Source of the DNA: an uncultured Pelagibacteraceae bacterium
GTDB taxonomy: Bacteria > Pseudomonadota > Alphaproteobacteria > Pelagibacterales > Pelagibacteraceae
Direction of reading: 5' to 3'
DNA: 64,000 bases
NCBI GenBank assembly: GCA_902540235.1
Contig: CACBLI010000008.1
Coordinates: 13,135 to 77,134, forward strand
Below are positions 55,874-64,000 of the stretch, piece by piece; position 1 is the first letter of the stretch; every line of letters begins with the position of its first letter. A model generated the notes under the pieces. It had not been told where the DNA came from. It searched no databases and was given only the letters and a program-made list of their open reading frames with translations. The translations under genes were made by a program, and so were the position numbers.

Positions 55874-55953
55874 AAAATTTAAAGGATTGAAGCTTATATA
55901 TAGATAAATTTATATATTTCAAATGACATTTTTGACAAATTTTTTACCAAAAT

Positions 55954-57060
55954 TTACAACTTATCTATGTATTTATCATGAAATTTGTCAAAGGTACCTT
56001 TTTGTATATTTAATCTAATTGATCTCATCAACTCTTGGTAAAAATTAATATTATGTAAAGTTAGAATCATTGATGCGAGAATTTCATTAGTGTTGAAAAG
56101 ATGATTTAAATAATTCAAAGAATATTTGTTTAATTCTAAATTGTCACAATCTTTGTCTAGTGGAGAATTATCATTTTGATATTTTTTATTTTTAACATTA
56201 ACTCTACCATTCCAAGTAAAGGCTAAACCTGTTCTTCCTGATCTTGTCGGTAAAACACAATCAAACATATCAATGCCTCTTTTAACTGCTCCTAAAATAT
56301 CAGAAGGAGTCCCAACACCCATCAAATATCTAGGTTTTAGCTCTGGTAGATTTGATTTAATATCATCTAAAACTTGAAACATCTCTTTTTGAGTTTCCCC
56401 AACTGCTAAACCACCAAGCGCGTATCCATCAAAACCAATTTCAATTAGGGAATTTAACGATTCAAGTCTTAAATCTTTGAATAAACCCCCTTGTACTATT
56501 CCAAATAAAGCTTTGTGCGGATTTTTACCAAAAGCTTTTTTTGATCTTTTTGCCCAATATAACGACAAATTCATAGAGTCTTTTATCAAATTATAGTCAT
56601 TACTTTTTTTAGGGCATTCATCCATAATCATTACAATATCAGAATCTAAACCCAATTGAATTTTGATACTTTCCTCTGGACTTAAACTAAATTTTTTCCC
56701 ATCAACATGTGAATTAAAAATTGCACCCTTTTCTCTATCAATTTTATTTAATTTAGATAAAGACATAACTTGAAAACCACCAGAGTCTGTCAAAATAGGA
56801 AGATCACAATTCATAAATTTATGTAATCCTCCAGCATTTTTAACACGGTCTACGCCTGGTCTAATCATTAAATGATAAGTATTAGAGAGAATAATTTCTG
56901 AACCAGTTTTTTTAATATCTCTGATTGTACAAGCCTTAACAGTCGCTTGGGTACCGACTGGCATGAAAGCTGGTGTATTAATATTTCCTCTATGTGTTTC
57001 GATTAACCCTGATCTTGCAAAATTATCATTAGCTAAAACTTTAAAGGCAAATTTTTTCAA
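55954..57060 (-). CDS. tgt: Queuine tRNA-ribosyltransferase
   Basis: 368 aa with a Tgt pattern (TPAFMPVGT, LTDSGGFQ, GLAVGE, CVLPTR). Confidence 0.93.
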   Translation of the reverse strand: MKKFAFKVLANDNFARSGLIETHRGNINTPAFMPVGTQATVKACTIRDIKKTGSEIILSNTYHLMIRPGVDRVKNAGGLHKFMNCDLPILTDSGGFQVMSLSKLNKIDREKGAIFNSHVDGKKFSLSPEESIKIQLGLDSDIVMIMDECPKKSNDYNLIKDSMNLSLYWAKRSKKAFGKNPHKALFGIVQGGLFKDLRLESLNSLIEIGFDGYALGGLAVGETQKEMFQVLDDIKSNLPELKPRYLMGVGTPSDILGAVKRGIDMFDCVLPTRSGRTGLAFTWNGRVNVKNKKYQNDNSPLDKDCDNLELNKYSLNYLNHLFNTNEILASMILTLHNINFYQELMRSIRLNIQKGTFDKFHDKYIDKL

Positions 57061-57072
57061 ATTAATTAAAGT

Positions 57073-57633
57073 TTATAAGGATTTAAAACTAATTATTTTG
57101 TCAGGATCAGAAACTGAACCATTATTGTTTTCATCGCCTCTTTTAATTTTATCAACAAACTCCATGCCTTCAATAACTTTTCCAAAAACTGTATATTGTC
57201 TATCTAAAAAAGGAGCGGGTTTAAAACAAATAAAGAATTGACTGTTCGCACTATTAGGATCAGATGAACGAGCCATTGATAAAGTTCCTCTATCATGAGG
57301 TAGACCACTAAACTCTTGTTTTAGATCAGGCAAATCTGATCCTCCCATACCAGCTCTATTTAGATCAAAATTATTTGAGTCTGATTTGCCAAATTGAACA
57401 TCACCGGTTTGTGCCATAAAGCCATCTATTACTCTATGAAAAACAACATTGTCATATTTCCCAGAGTTGGCTAATTCTTTTATTCTATTTACGTGATTTG
57501 GTGCAACATCTGGAAATAATTCAATTTTTACATCTCCATCTTTTAATTTTAAAATCATAATATTCTCCTGTGCTATTGTTTGATTGATTAATAAAGAAAA
57601 AATAAATAATATTTTTAGAAAAAGCTTATTCAT
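57073..57633 (-). CDS. Cyclophilin-type peptidyl-prolyl cis-trans isomerase (secreted)
   Basis: 186 aa with a signal peptide and a cyclophilin core (FHRVIDGFMAQTGD, GTLSMARS, NSQFFIC). Confidence 0.9.
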   Translation of the reverse strand: MNKLFLKILFIFSLLINQTIAQENIMILKLKDGDVKIELFPDVAPNHVNRIKELANSGKYDNVVFHRVIDGFMAQTGDVQFGKSDSNNFDLNRAGMGGSDLPDLKQEFSGLPHDRGTLSMARSSDPNSANSQFFICFKPAPFLDRQYTVFGKVIEGMEFVDKIKRGDENNNGSVSDPDKIISFKSL

Positions 57634-58120
57634 ATTTTTCTTTTAAAGATTTAATTGTACTTTTTGTAGTAAACTTTTTTATATCACCTTTTAGTTTGAC
57701 AATTTCTTTAACAAATTTCGATGAAATTATCTGATTTTCTACATCAGACATTAAAAAAATTGTCTCAATCTTGTTATTGAGCTTCCGATTCATGCCTGCC
57801 AATTGAAATTCATATTCAAAATCTGAAACTGCCCTCAAACCTCTTAAAATAATATTGGATTTATATTTTTTACATAAATCAGTAGTTAAGGAAGAAAAAG
57901 AAACTACAACTATTTTTTTTTTATCTAATTTGAGATCTGAAAAAAGAGCTTTTTTGACAATTTCTATTCTCTCAAAAGGGTTGAAAAGATAGTTTTTGTT
58001 TTCACTGTCTGACACACCAACAACTAATCTATCAAATAATTTTAAAGATTTTTTTATAACATCAATATGTCCAAAGGTTATTGGATCAAAGGTACCTGGA
58101 TAAATAGCAACTTTTGGCAT
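57626..58120 (-). CDS. coaD: Phosphopantetheine adenylyltransferase
   Basis: 164 aa. YPGTFDPITFGHIDV is the nucleotidyltransferase (T/H)xGH motif. Confidence 0.92.
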   Translation of the reverse strand: MPKVAIYPGTFDPITFGHIDVIKKSLKLFDRLVVGVSDSENKNYLFNPFERIEIVKKALFSDLKLDKKKIVVVSFSSLTTDLCKKYKSNIILRGLRAVSDFEYEFQLAGMNRKLNNKIETIFLMSDVENQIISSKFVKEIVKLKGDIKKFTTKSTIKSLKEKYE

Positions 58121-60699
58121 TATATCAAATTATCATCAATCTTTATTGATGAAACAACTTTTTCATCACCCGAAAGTTTAATTATTCTAACCCCTTGAGT
58201 GTTTCTACCAGCTGTTCTAATTTCTTTAACTGCAACTCTTATTACTCTTCCTTTGTTTGTCGATATCATAATTTCATCACCCTCAAAGACTGGAAATGAA
58301 GAGGCTATATTCCCATTTCTTGGTGAATTTACAATTCCAATTATCCCCTTTCCACCTCTATTGGTAACCCTGTAATCTTTATGAGATGTTTTCTTACCGA
58401 AACCATTTTCTGTAATTGATAAAATAAATTTTTCAGTAGCCTTTAATTCAGATTTTTCGTCTTTCCCATTTTTAGTGCTTTTTTTAATTTTATCATTATC
58501 AATAATTGATAATGATACAATTTCATCATTTGGTGTTAATTCAAGACCTTTAATTCCTTTAGAGGATCTGCCTTTAAATATTCTCAGTTTTTTAGATTCA
58601 AATCTTATACATTTACCAAATTTTGTGCTTAAAATAATATCTTGATCATCTTTGCAAATTTTAACTCCTACTATCTTATCGTTACTGTCGAGTTTCATAG
58701 CAATCTTTCCAGAAGCATTGATTGATGAAAAATCCTCCAAACTATTTTTTCTAATTTTTCCTTTAGAAGTTGCAAAGACTATTTGAAAATCTTTTAAGCT
58801 ATTACTATCATCAGGAAATGGCATTATAGAGCTTATAGATTGATGATTTTTTAAGGGTAAAATGTTAAATAAAGATTTTCCCTTGGAAGAAGCTGAGCCT
58901 TCAGGAATTTTCCAAGCTTTTAACCTATATACCAAACCTTCTGTAGAAAAGAAAAGCATAGATGTATGGGTATTTACAGACAAAGTTTGAATTACTGAGT
59001 CTTCGTTTCTGGTTGTTATGCCAGTCTTACCCTTGCCGCCCCTTTTTTGAGTCTTTAGATTATTTAAAGATCCTCTTTTTATATAACCTTGTAATGTTAC
59101 GGTTATTATAACTGATTGTTTTTGAATAGTTTCCTCTATGTCATAGTTGAGCACTGCATCAATAATTTTTGTTCTTCTAGGAGTAGAATATTTATCTTTA
59201 ATTGTTTTTAATTCCTCACTAATTACTTTTAATAATTCTTTTTTAGACGAAATTATCTTTTTATATTTTGAAATTAGCTCAGCCAGTTTTTTTATCTCAA
59301 CTTCTATTTCGTTAATTCCTAAAGCAGTAAGTTTTTGCAATCTTAGTTCTAAAATAGCATTAACTTGTTTCTCAGATAGATTATAAATATCTTTTTTACT
59401 TTTATCTTCTACTAATGAAATTAATTTTTTAGATTTGTTAATTTTCCACTTAGTTTTTGAAATAGATATTTTTGCCTCTTCAGGATTTTTTGAATTTCTA
59501 ATAATCTTTATAACTTTATCTAAATTTTCAACTGATACTGAAAGACCTATTAAAATATGAGCTCTATCCTCAGCCTTGCTTAAATCAAATTTTGTTTTTT
59601 TAATTACTACATCTTCTCTAAAATTTAAAAAACTTGAAAGAAAATCTTTTAGATTACATGTTTCTGGTTTTCCATCTACTATGGCTAAAGTATTAAAACC
59701 AAAAGAACTCTCTATCTGTGTATTTTTATACAATTGTCTTTTTACTGTTTCTGGCTCAACTCCACTTCTCAAATCTATTGAAACTCTAATACCTTCTCTA
59801 TTTGACTCATCTCTTATGTCTCTAATGCCCTCTATTTTCTTTTCTCGAACTAACTGAGCTATTCTCTCATTTAAAACTGATTTATTCACTTGATATGGTA
59901 TAGAAGTTATAACCAATCTTTCTCTATTATTTTTTAAACTTTCAATTGTTATTTCACCTCTTATTTTGAAAGATCCTCTGCCTTTATTATAGCCTTGCTT
60001 GATTATATCTTTGCCTATTATTACCCCTCCTGTAGGAAAATCTGGACCAGGAATGTGTTTCATAAGATCTTTAATCTTAATATCTTTATTTTCGATTAAA
60101 GCTAATGTTCCATCAATAACCTCTCCTAAATTATGCGGAGGTATACTTGTTGCCATTCCAACTGCGATACCACCCGCACCATTGACCAATAAATTTGGAA
60201 ATTGTGCTGGTAAAACAGTTGGTTCTCTTTCTGTTTCATCATAATTACTTTTGAAATCAATTGTATTTTTTTCTATATCATCAATCAAAAATTGAGAGAC
60301 TTTAGACAATCGTGTTTCAGTATATCTCATTGCCGCAGCTGGATCGCCATCTATAGACCCAAAATTACCTTGGCCATCAACTAATGGAAGACTCATTGAA
60401 AAGTCTTGAACCATCCTTACTAATGCATCATATACAGATTGGTCACCATGAGGATGATATTTACCAATAACATCTCCAACTATTCTAGCAGATTTTCTAA
60501 ATTGTTTCGACCAATCATAGCCACCCTTATACATTGCATATAATATTCTTCTATGAACTGGCTTTAATCCATCTCTTATATCTGGCAAAGCTCTACTTAC
60601 TATAACGCTCATTGCATAAGAGAGATAAGATGAGCTCATCTCATCATGAACGGAAATTAGTTTTATATTTTGATCTTTAGAAGTTTCTGATTTTTCCAT
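58120..60699 (-). CDS. gyrA: DNA gyrase subunit A
   Basis: 859 aa with the active-site region AAMRYTE, a QRDR-like [13 protein letters not shown] segment and C-terminal beta-pinwheel repeats. Confidence 0.96.
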   Translation of the reverse strand: MEKSETSKDQNIKLISVHDEMSSSYLSYAMSVIVSRALPDIRDGLKPVHRRILYAMYKGGYDWSKQFRKSARIVGDVIGKYHPHGDQSVYDALVRMVQDFSMSLPLVDGQGNFGSIDGDPAAAMRYTETRLSKVSQFLIDDIEKNTIDFKSNYDETEREPTVLPAQFPNLLVNGAGGIAVGMATSIPPHNLGEVIDGTLALIENKDIKIKDLMKHIPGPDFPTGGVIIGKDIIKQGYNKGRGSFKIRGEITIESLKNNRERLVITSIPYQVNKSVLNERIAQLVREKKIEGIRDIRDESNREGIRVSIDLRSGVEPETVKRQLYKNTQIESSFGFNTLAIVDGKPETCNLKDFLSSFLNFREDVVIKKTKFDLSKAEDRAHILIGLSVSVENLDKVIKIIRNSKNPEEAKISISKTKWKINKSKKLISLVEDKSKKDIYNLSEKQVNAILELRLQKLTALGINEIEVEIKKLAELISKYKKIISSKKELLKVISEELKTIKDKYSTPRRTKIIDAVLNYDIEETIQKQSVIITVTLQGYIKRGSLNNLKTQKRGGKGKTGITTRNEDSVIQTLSVNTHTSMLFFSTEGLVYRLKAWKIPEGSASSKGKSLFNILPLKNHQSISSIMPFPDDSNSLKDFQIVFATSKGKIRKNSLEDFSSINASGKIAMKLDSNDKIVGVKICKDDQDIILSTKFGKCIRFESKKLRIFKGRSSKGIKGLELTPNDEIVSLSIIDNDKIKKSTKNGKDEKSELKATEKFILSITENGFGKKTSHKDYRVTNRGGKGIIGIVNSPRNGNIASSFPVFEGDEIMISTNKGRVIRVAVKEIRTAGRNTQGVRIIKLSGDEKVVSSIKIDDNLI

Positions 60700-60704
60700 A
60701 AAGT

Positions 60705-61160
60705 TTAAAAGGGAATATCGTCATCCATATCATTCGATATTTGAGACATTTCCTCATTATTTTTAGAAGACTGTGTATTGTCGTTAGCAATTCCTCCTCC
60801 AGAATTGCCGCCTCCTAACATTGTAAGAGATGAATTATAACCTTGAATAACTATCTCTGTGGAAAATTTATCTTGACCAGATTGTTCGTCTTTCCATTTC
60901 CTGGTCGCGATTTGACCCTCAACATAAATTTGCGCTCCTTTTTTTAAATATTGTTGCACAACATTCACTAATCCCTCATTAAATACAACTATACGGTGCC
61001 ACTCTGTTTTTTCTTTTTTTTCACCTGTATTTTTATCTTTCCAAGTTTGGCTTGTTGCTAAGCTTAACCTAGCTACATTTTTTCCGTTAACCATTTGTTT
61101 AATCTCAGGATCTGCGCCCAAACGACCAATTAAAAGTACTTTATTTAAACTGCCAGCCAT
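60705..61160 (-). CDS. ssb: Single-stranded DNA-binding protein
   Basis: 151 aa with an OB fold ([15 protein letters not shown]), a Gly-rich linker and an acidic tail DDDIPF. Divergent from uvrA. Confidence 0.95.
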   Translation of the reverse strand: MAGSLNKVLLIGRLGADPEIKQMVNGKNVARLSLATSQTWKDKNTGEKKEKTEWHRIVVFNEGLVNVVQQYLKKGAQIYVEGQIATRKWKDEQSGQDKFSTEIVIQGYNSSLTMLGGGNSGGGIANDNTQSSKNNEEMSQISNDMDDDIPF

Positions 61161-61250
61161 AATATTTTAATATTTGTTATTTTAATTTATAGGATTTATA
61201 CCACAATTTACTCTGAATAATAATTTTATTAAGTCAAAGCAACAAAAATT

Positions 61251-64000
61251 ATGATTAAAAAGATAGTTATTAAGGGAGCTAAAGAACATAATTTGAAGAA
61301 TATTTCTTTAGAGATTCCTAAAGACAAATTTGTTGTAATAACAGGTCTATCTGGCTCGGGAAAATCTTCTTTAGCCTTTGACACAGTTTATGCAGAAGGC
61401 CAAAGAAGATATGTTGAAAGTTTATCTGCCTATGCCAGACAATTTTTAGATAAAATGAAAAAACCTAATGTGGATTTAATAGAGGGATTAAGTCCTGCTA
61501 TATCCATTGAGCAAAAAAATACCTCAAAAAATCCAAGATCTACTGTTGCAACTGTTACAGAGATTTATGATTACATGAGAGTTTTATATGCAAGAGCAGG
61601 AATTCCTTATTCACCTTTTACAGGTAAACCAATAGAATCACAAACCGTAACACAAATAGTTGACAAAATTAAAACCTTACCAAAAAAATCAACCATCTAT
61701 CTTTATGCACCAATTGTTAGAGGGCGTAAGGGTGAATATAAGAAAGAAATTTTAGGGTATAAAAAAAGAGGCTTTAGAAAAATTATGATTGACGAAATTC
61801 TTTATGATATAGAGAAAGTTCCTGAATTAAATAAGAAAATTAAACATGATATATCAATTCTTGTAGATAGAATTGTTTTGAATTCGTCTTTAGGAAATAG
61901 ATTGGCTGAAGGTATTGAGACGGCCATAAATTTAGCTAATGGTTTACTTTTTGTTGAATATGAAGACGAGACCTTACCAAAAAAATTCAGAAAAACTGAA
62001 AAATTAATATTTTCTACTAAATTTGCTTGTCCTGAAAGTGGTTTCACTATTGAAGAAATTGAGCCTAGACTTTTCTCTTTTAATAGTCCTTTTGGTGCAT
62101 GTGAGGAATGTGAGGGAATAGGTATAAAACTTAATGTTGATCCAAATTTAGTAATTCCAAATGAAAAAAAAAGTATCGCTGATGGTGCAATAGAACCGTG
62201 GGCTAAAACAACTACATTATATTATGCACAAACATTAACATCTTTATCAAAACATTATGGTTTCTCAATGGATGATAAATGGTCAAAACTCTCAAAAAAA
62301 ATCAAGGATATTATTTTATATGGTTCAGATGAAGAGGAAATTAAATTTACATACGATGATGGCTACGAAAAATATTCCCATAAAAAGACATTTGAGGGCG
62401 TTATCAATAATTTGGAGAGAAGGTATCTTGAAACTGATAGTGATTGGAAAAGAGAAGAAATAGCTCAATATCAGTCTGACACAAAATGTGAAAGATGTAA
62501 TGGCCATAGACTAAAAGATGAGGCGCTATGTGTAAAAATTGATGGAATGCATATAAGTGAAGTCACAGAAAAATCTATATTAGATGCTGCAAAATGGTTT
62601 GAGAATCTCAAAAATAAGCTTGATAAAAGACAATTTAAAATAGCTGAACATATCTTGAAAGAAATTAATGAAAGACTAAATTTTCTTTTAAATGTTGGTT
62701 TAGATTATTTAACTCTTTCAAGAGAATCCGGAACACTGTCTGGTGGTGAGGCTCAAAGAATAAGATTAGCTTCACAAATAGGATCTGGATTAACAGGTGT
62801 ACTTTATGTTTTAGATGAACCATCAATTGGTTTGCACCAAAAAGATAATGTTAAACTTATTAATGCTCTAAAAAGATTGAGAGATTTAGGAAACACAGTA
62901 ATTGTAGTAGAGCACGACACTGAAACAATGGAAAATGCAGATCATATCATTGATCTTGGTCCAGAAGCAGGAAATAAAGGAGGCGAGGTTGTTGCTCAGG
63001 GGACATTTCAAGATATAAGTAAAAATAAAAACAGTATTACAGGTAAATATCTTTCAAATAAATTTAAAATAAATATCCCAGCTAAAAGACGTTTAGCTAA
63101 AAACGGTAGATTTTTAGAAATTACTGGAGCAAGTGGAAATAATTTAGATAATGTTAATTTAAAAATACCTTTAGGAAGTTTAACCTGTGTTACCGGTGTG
63201 TCTGGAAGTGGTAAATCTACACTTGTATTACAAACTTTGTATAACGCTCTTAATTTAACTTTAAATAATAATAAGTCTAGAAAAATTCCAAAACCTTTTA
63301 AAGGTTTCAAGGGAACAGAATTAATTGACAAGATAATAGATATTGATCAATCACCCATTGGAAGAACTCCTAGATCAAATCCAGCAACTTATACTGGTGC
63401 TTTTGGACCAATCAGAGACTGGTTTACCGGATTACCAGAGTCAAAGACGCGTGGTTATAAACCAGGAAGATTTTCATTTAACGTTAGAGGAGGTAGATGT
63501 GAGGCTTGTGAAGGAGATGGTGTTATTACTTATGAAATGCATTTTCTTCCTGATGTTTATATTCAATGTGATGAATGTAAAGGTACTCGTTATAACCGAG
63601 AAACTTTAGAAATTAAATTTAAAGACAAAAGTATTGCTGATGTTTTAAATATGACTGTTGATGAGGGATGTGAATATTTTGAAAATATTTCAAATATAAA
63701 AACTAAGTTGTTAACTCTGAAAAAAGTTGGCTTGGGATATATCAAAATAGGACAACAAGCGACAACACTATCGGGAGGAGAGGCTCAAAGAATCAAGCTT
63801 GCAAAAGAATTATCTAAAAGATCCACTGGAAGAACAATGTACATTCTGGACGAGCCGACAACAGGTCTTCATCAGCACGATATTAAGAAGTTACTTGAAA
63901 TTTTGCATACTTTTGTGGCCTTAGGTAATACGGTAGTTGTTATAGAGCATAATTTGGATGTGATTAAAACCGCTGATTATATAGTTGATATGGGCCCTGA
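61251..64000 (+). CDS. uvrA: Excinuclease ABC subunit A (3' end cut by window edge)
   Basis: Not in the ORF track because no stop is reached. My translation from the ATG at 61251 stays open to nt 64000. It gives [66 protein letters not shown], zinc-finger Cys pairs, LSGGEAQRI twice and a second Walker [10 protein letters not shown]. Confidence 0.95.
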   Translation, partial: MIKKIVIKGAKEHNLKNISLEIPKDKFVVITGLSGSGKSSLAFDTVYAEGQRRYVESLSAYARQFLDKMKKPNVDLIEGLSPAISIEQKNTSKNPRSTVATVTEIYDYMRVLYARAGIPYSPFTGKPIESQTVTQIVDKIKTLPKKSTIYLYAPIVRGRKGEYKKEILGYKKRGFRKIMIDEILYDIEKVPELNKKIKHDISILVDRIVLNSSLGNRLAEGIETAINLANGLLFVEYEDETLPKKFRKTEKLIFSTKFACPESGFTIEEIEPRLFSFNSPFGACEECEGIGIKLNVDPNLVIPNEKKSIADGAIEPWAKTTTLYYAQTLTSLSKHYGFSMDDKWSKLSKKIKDIILYGSDEEEIKFTYDDGYEKYSHKKTFEGVINNLERRYLETDSDWKREEIAQYQSDTKCERCNGHRLKDEALCVKIDGMHISEVTEKSILDAAKWFENLKNKLDKRQFKIAEHILKEINERLNFLLNVGLDYLTLSRESGTLSGGEAQRIRLASQIGSGLTGVLYVLDEPSIGLHQKDNVKLINALKRLRDLGNTVIVVEHDTETMENADHIIDLGPEAGNKGGEVVAQGTFQDISKNKNSITGKYLSNKFKINIPAKRRLAKNGRFLEITGASGNNLDNVNLKIPLGSLTCVTGVSGSGKSTLVLQTLYNALNLTLNNNKSRKIPKPFKGFKGTELIDKIIDIDQSPIGRTPRSNPATYTGAFGPIRDWFTGLPESKTRGYKPGRFSFNVRGGRCEACEGDGVITYEMHFLPDVYIQCDECKGTRYNRETLEIKFKDKSIADVLNMTVDEGCEYFENISNIKTKLLTLKKVGLGYIKIGQQATTLSGGEAQRIKLAKELSKRSTGRTMYILDEPTTGLHQHDIKKLLEILHTFVALGNTVVVIEHNLDVIKTADYIVDMGP

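Noticed and set aside
61161-61250. Looked for an alphaproteobacterial SOS/LexA box (GTTC-N7-GTTC or GAAC-N7-GAAC) in the ssb-uvrA divergent spacer.
   Set aside because: There is no GTTC or GAAC tetramer in the 90-nt spacer.
61802-63609. Track ORFs 61802-62047(-), 62257-62463(+), 62325-62507(-), 63008-63331(-) and 63343-63609(+).
   Set aside because: All lie inside the continuous uvrA reading frame in other frames or strands. They have low-complexity translations with no family resemblance.

Overview
This is a 64-kb chromosomal window from a very AT-rich genome (about 30% G+C by eye) with almost no intergenic DNA. Many adjacent genes share TAATG or ATGA stop/start overlaps. Gene content and local synteny suggest a streamlined marine alphaproteobacterium of the SAR11/Pelagibacterales type; this is inference, not a database match. 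The supporting gene sets are ntrX-trkA-trkH, an aapJQMP/yhdWXYZ-type amino-acid ABC transporter, bamE-cbp3-like-rpmF-plsX, merR-ihfA, sdhE-recG, an NDUFS4-like gene and ctaA.

I support about 70 CDS and 7 tRNAs: Arg-TCT, Asn-GTT, Cys-GCA, Glu-TTC, Pro-TGG, Ser-TGA and Lys-TTT. I also call one clear intrinsic terminator. I see no rRNA, CRISPR array, transposase or prophage. Both window edges cut genes. ntrX is open from nt 2. uvrA is open from 61251 to the end of the window and is absent from the ORF track.

Most of the window is housekeeping (valS, ilvD, ribH, nusB, thiL, hppA, hom, argC, rpsI, rplM, metY, glpX, metG, holB, tmk, recG, tgt, coaD, gyrA, ssb, uvrA). There are two accessory patches:
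- 20.1-27.3 kb holds glycosyltransferases, a methyltransferase, AEC and DMT transporters, a stand-alone MGMT gene, a small membrane protein and a tyrosine recombinase.
- 36.3-38.7 kb holds a 705-aa two-module glycosyltransferase and a GIY-YIG gene next to tRNA-Glu.

The most unusual locus is 24.3-25.55 kb, the only sizeable non-coding stretch in the window. It contains:
- a Cre-like tyrosine recombinase;
- a perfect 10-7-10 inverted repeat directly upstream of it;
- two divergently oriented small gene units, each followed by the same co-linear three-motif module;
- a block of about 60% G+C between the two units, with a GNRA-capped hairpin at one end and a terminator-like hairpin 5 nt before the MGMT start codon.

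I read this as a candidate cassette-type recombination locus plus a candidate structured RNA. Both readings need computational and comparative confirmation.
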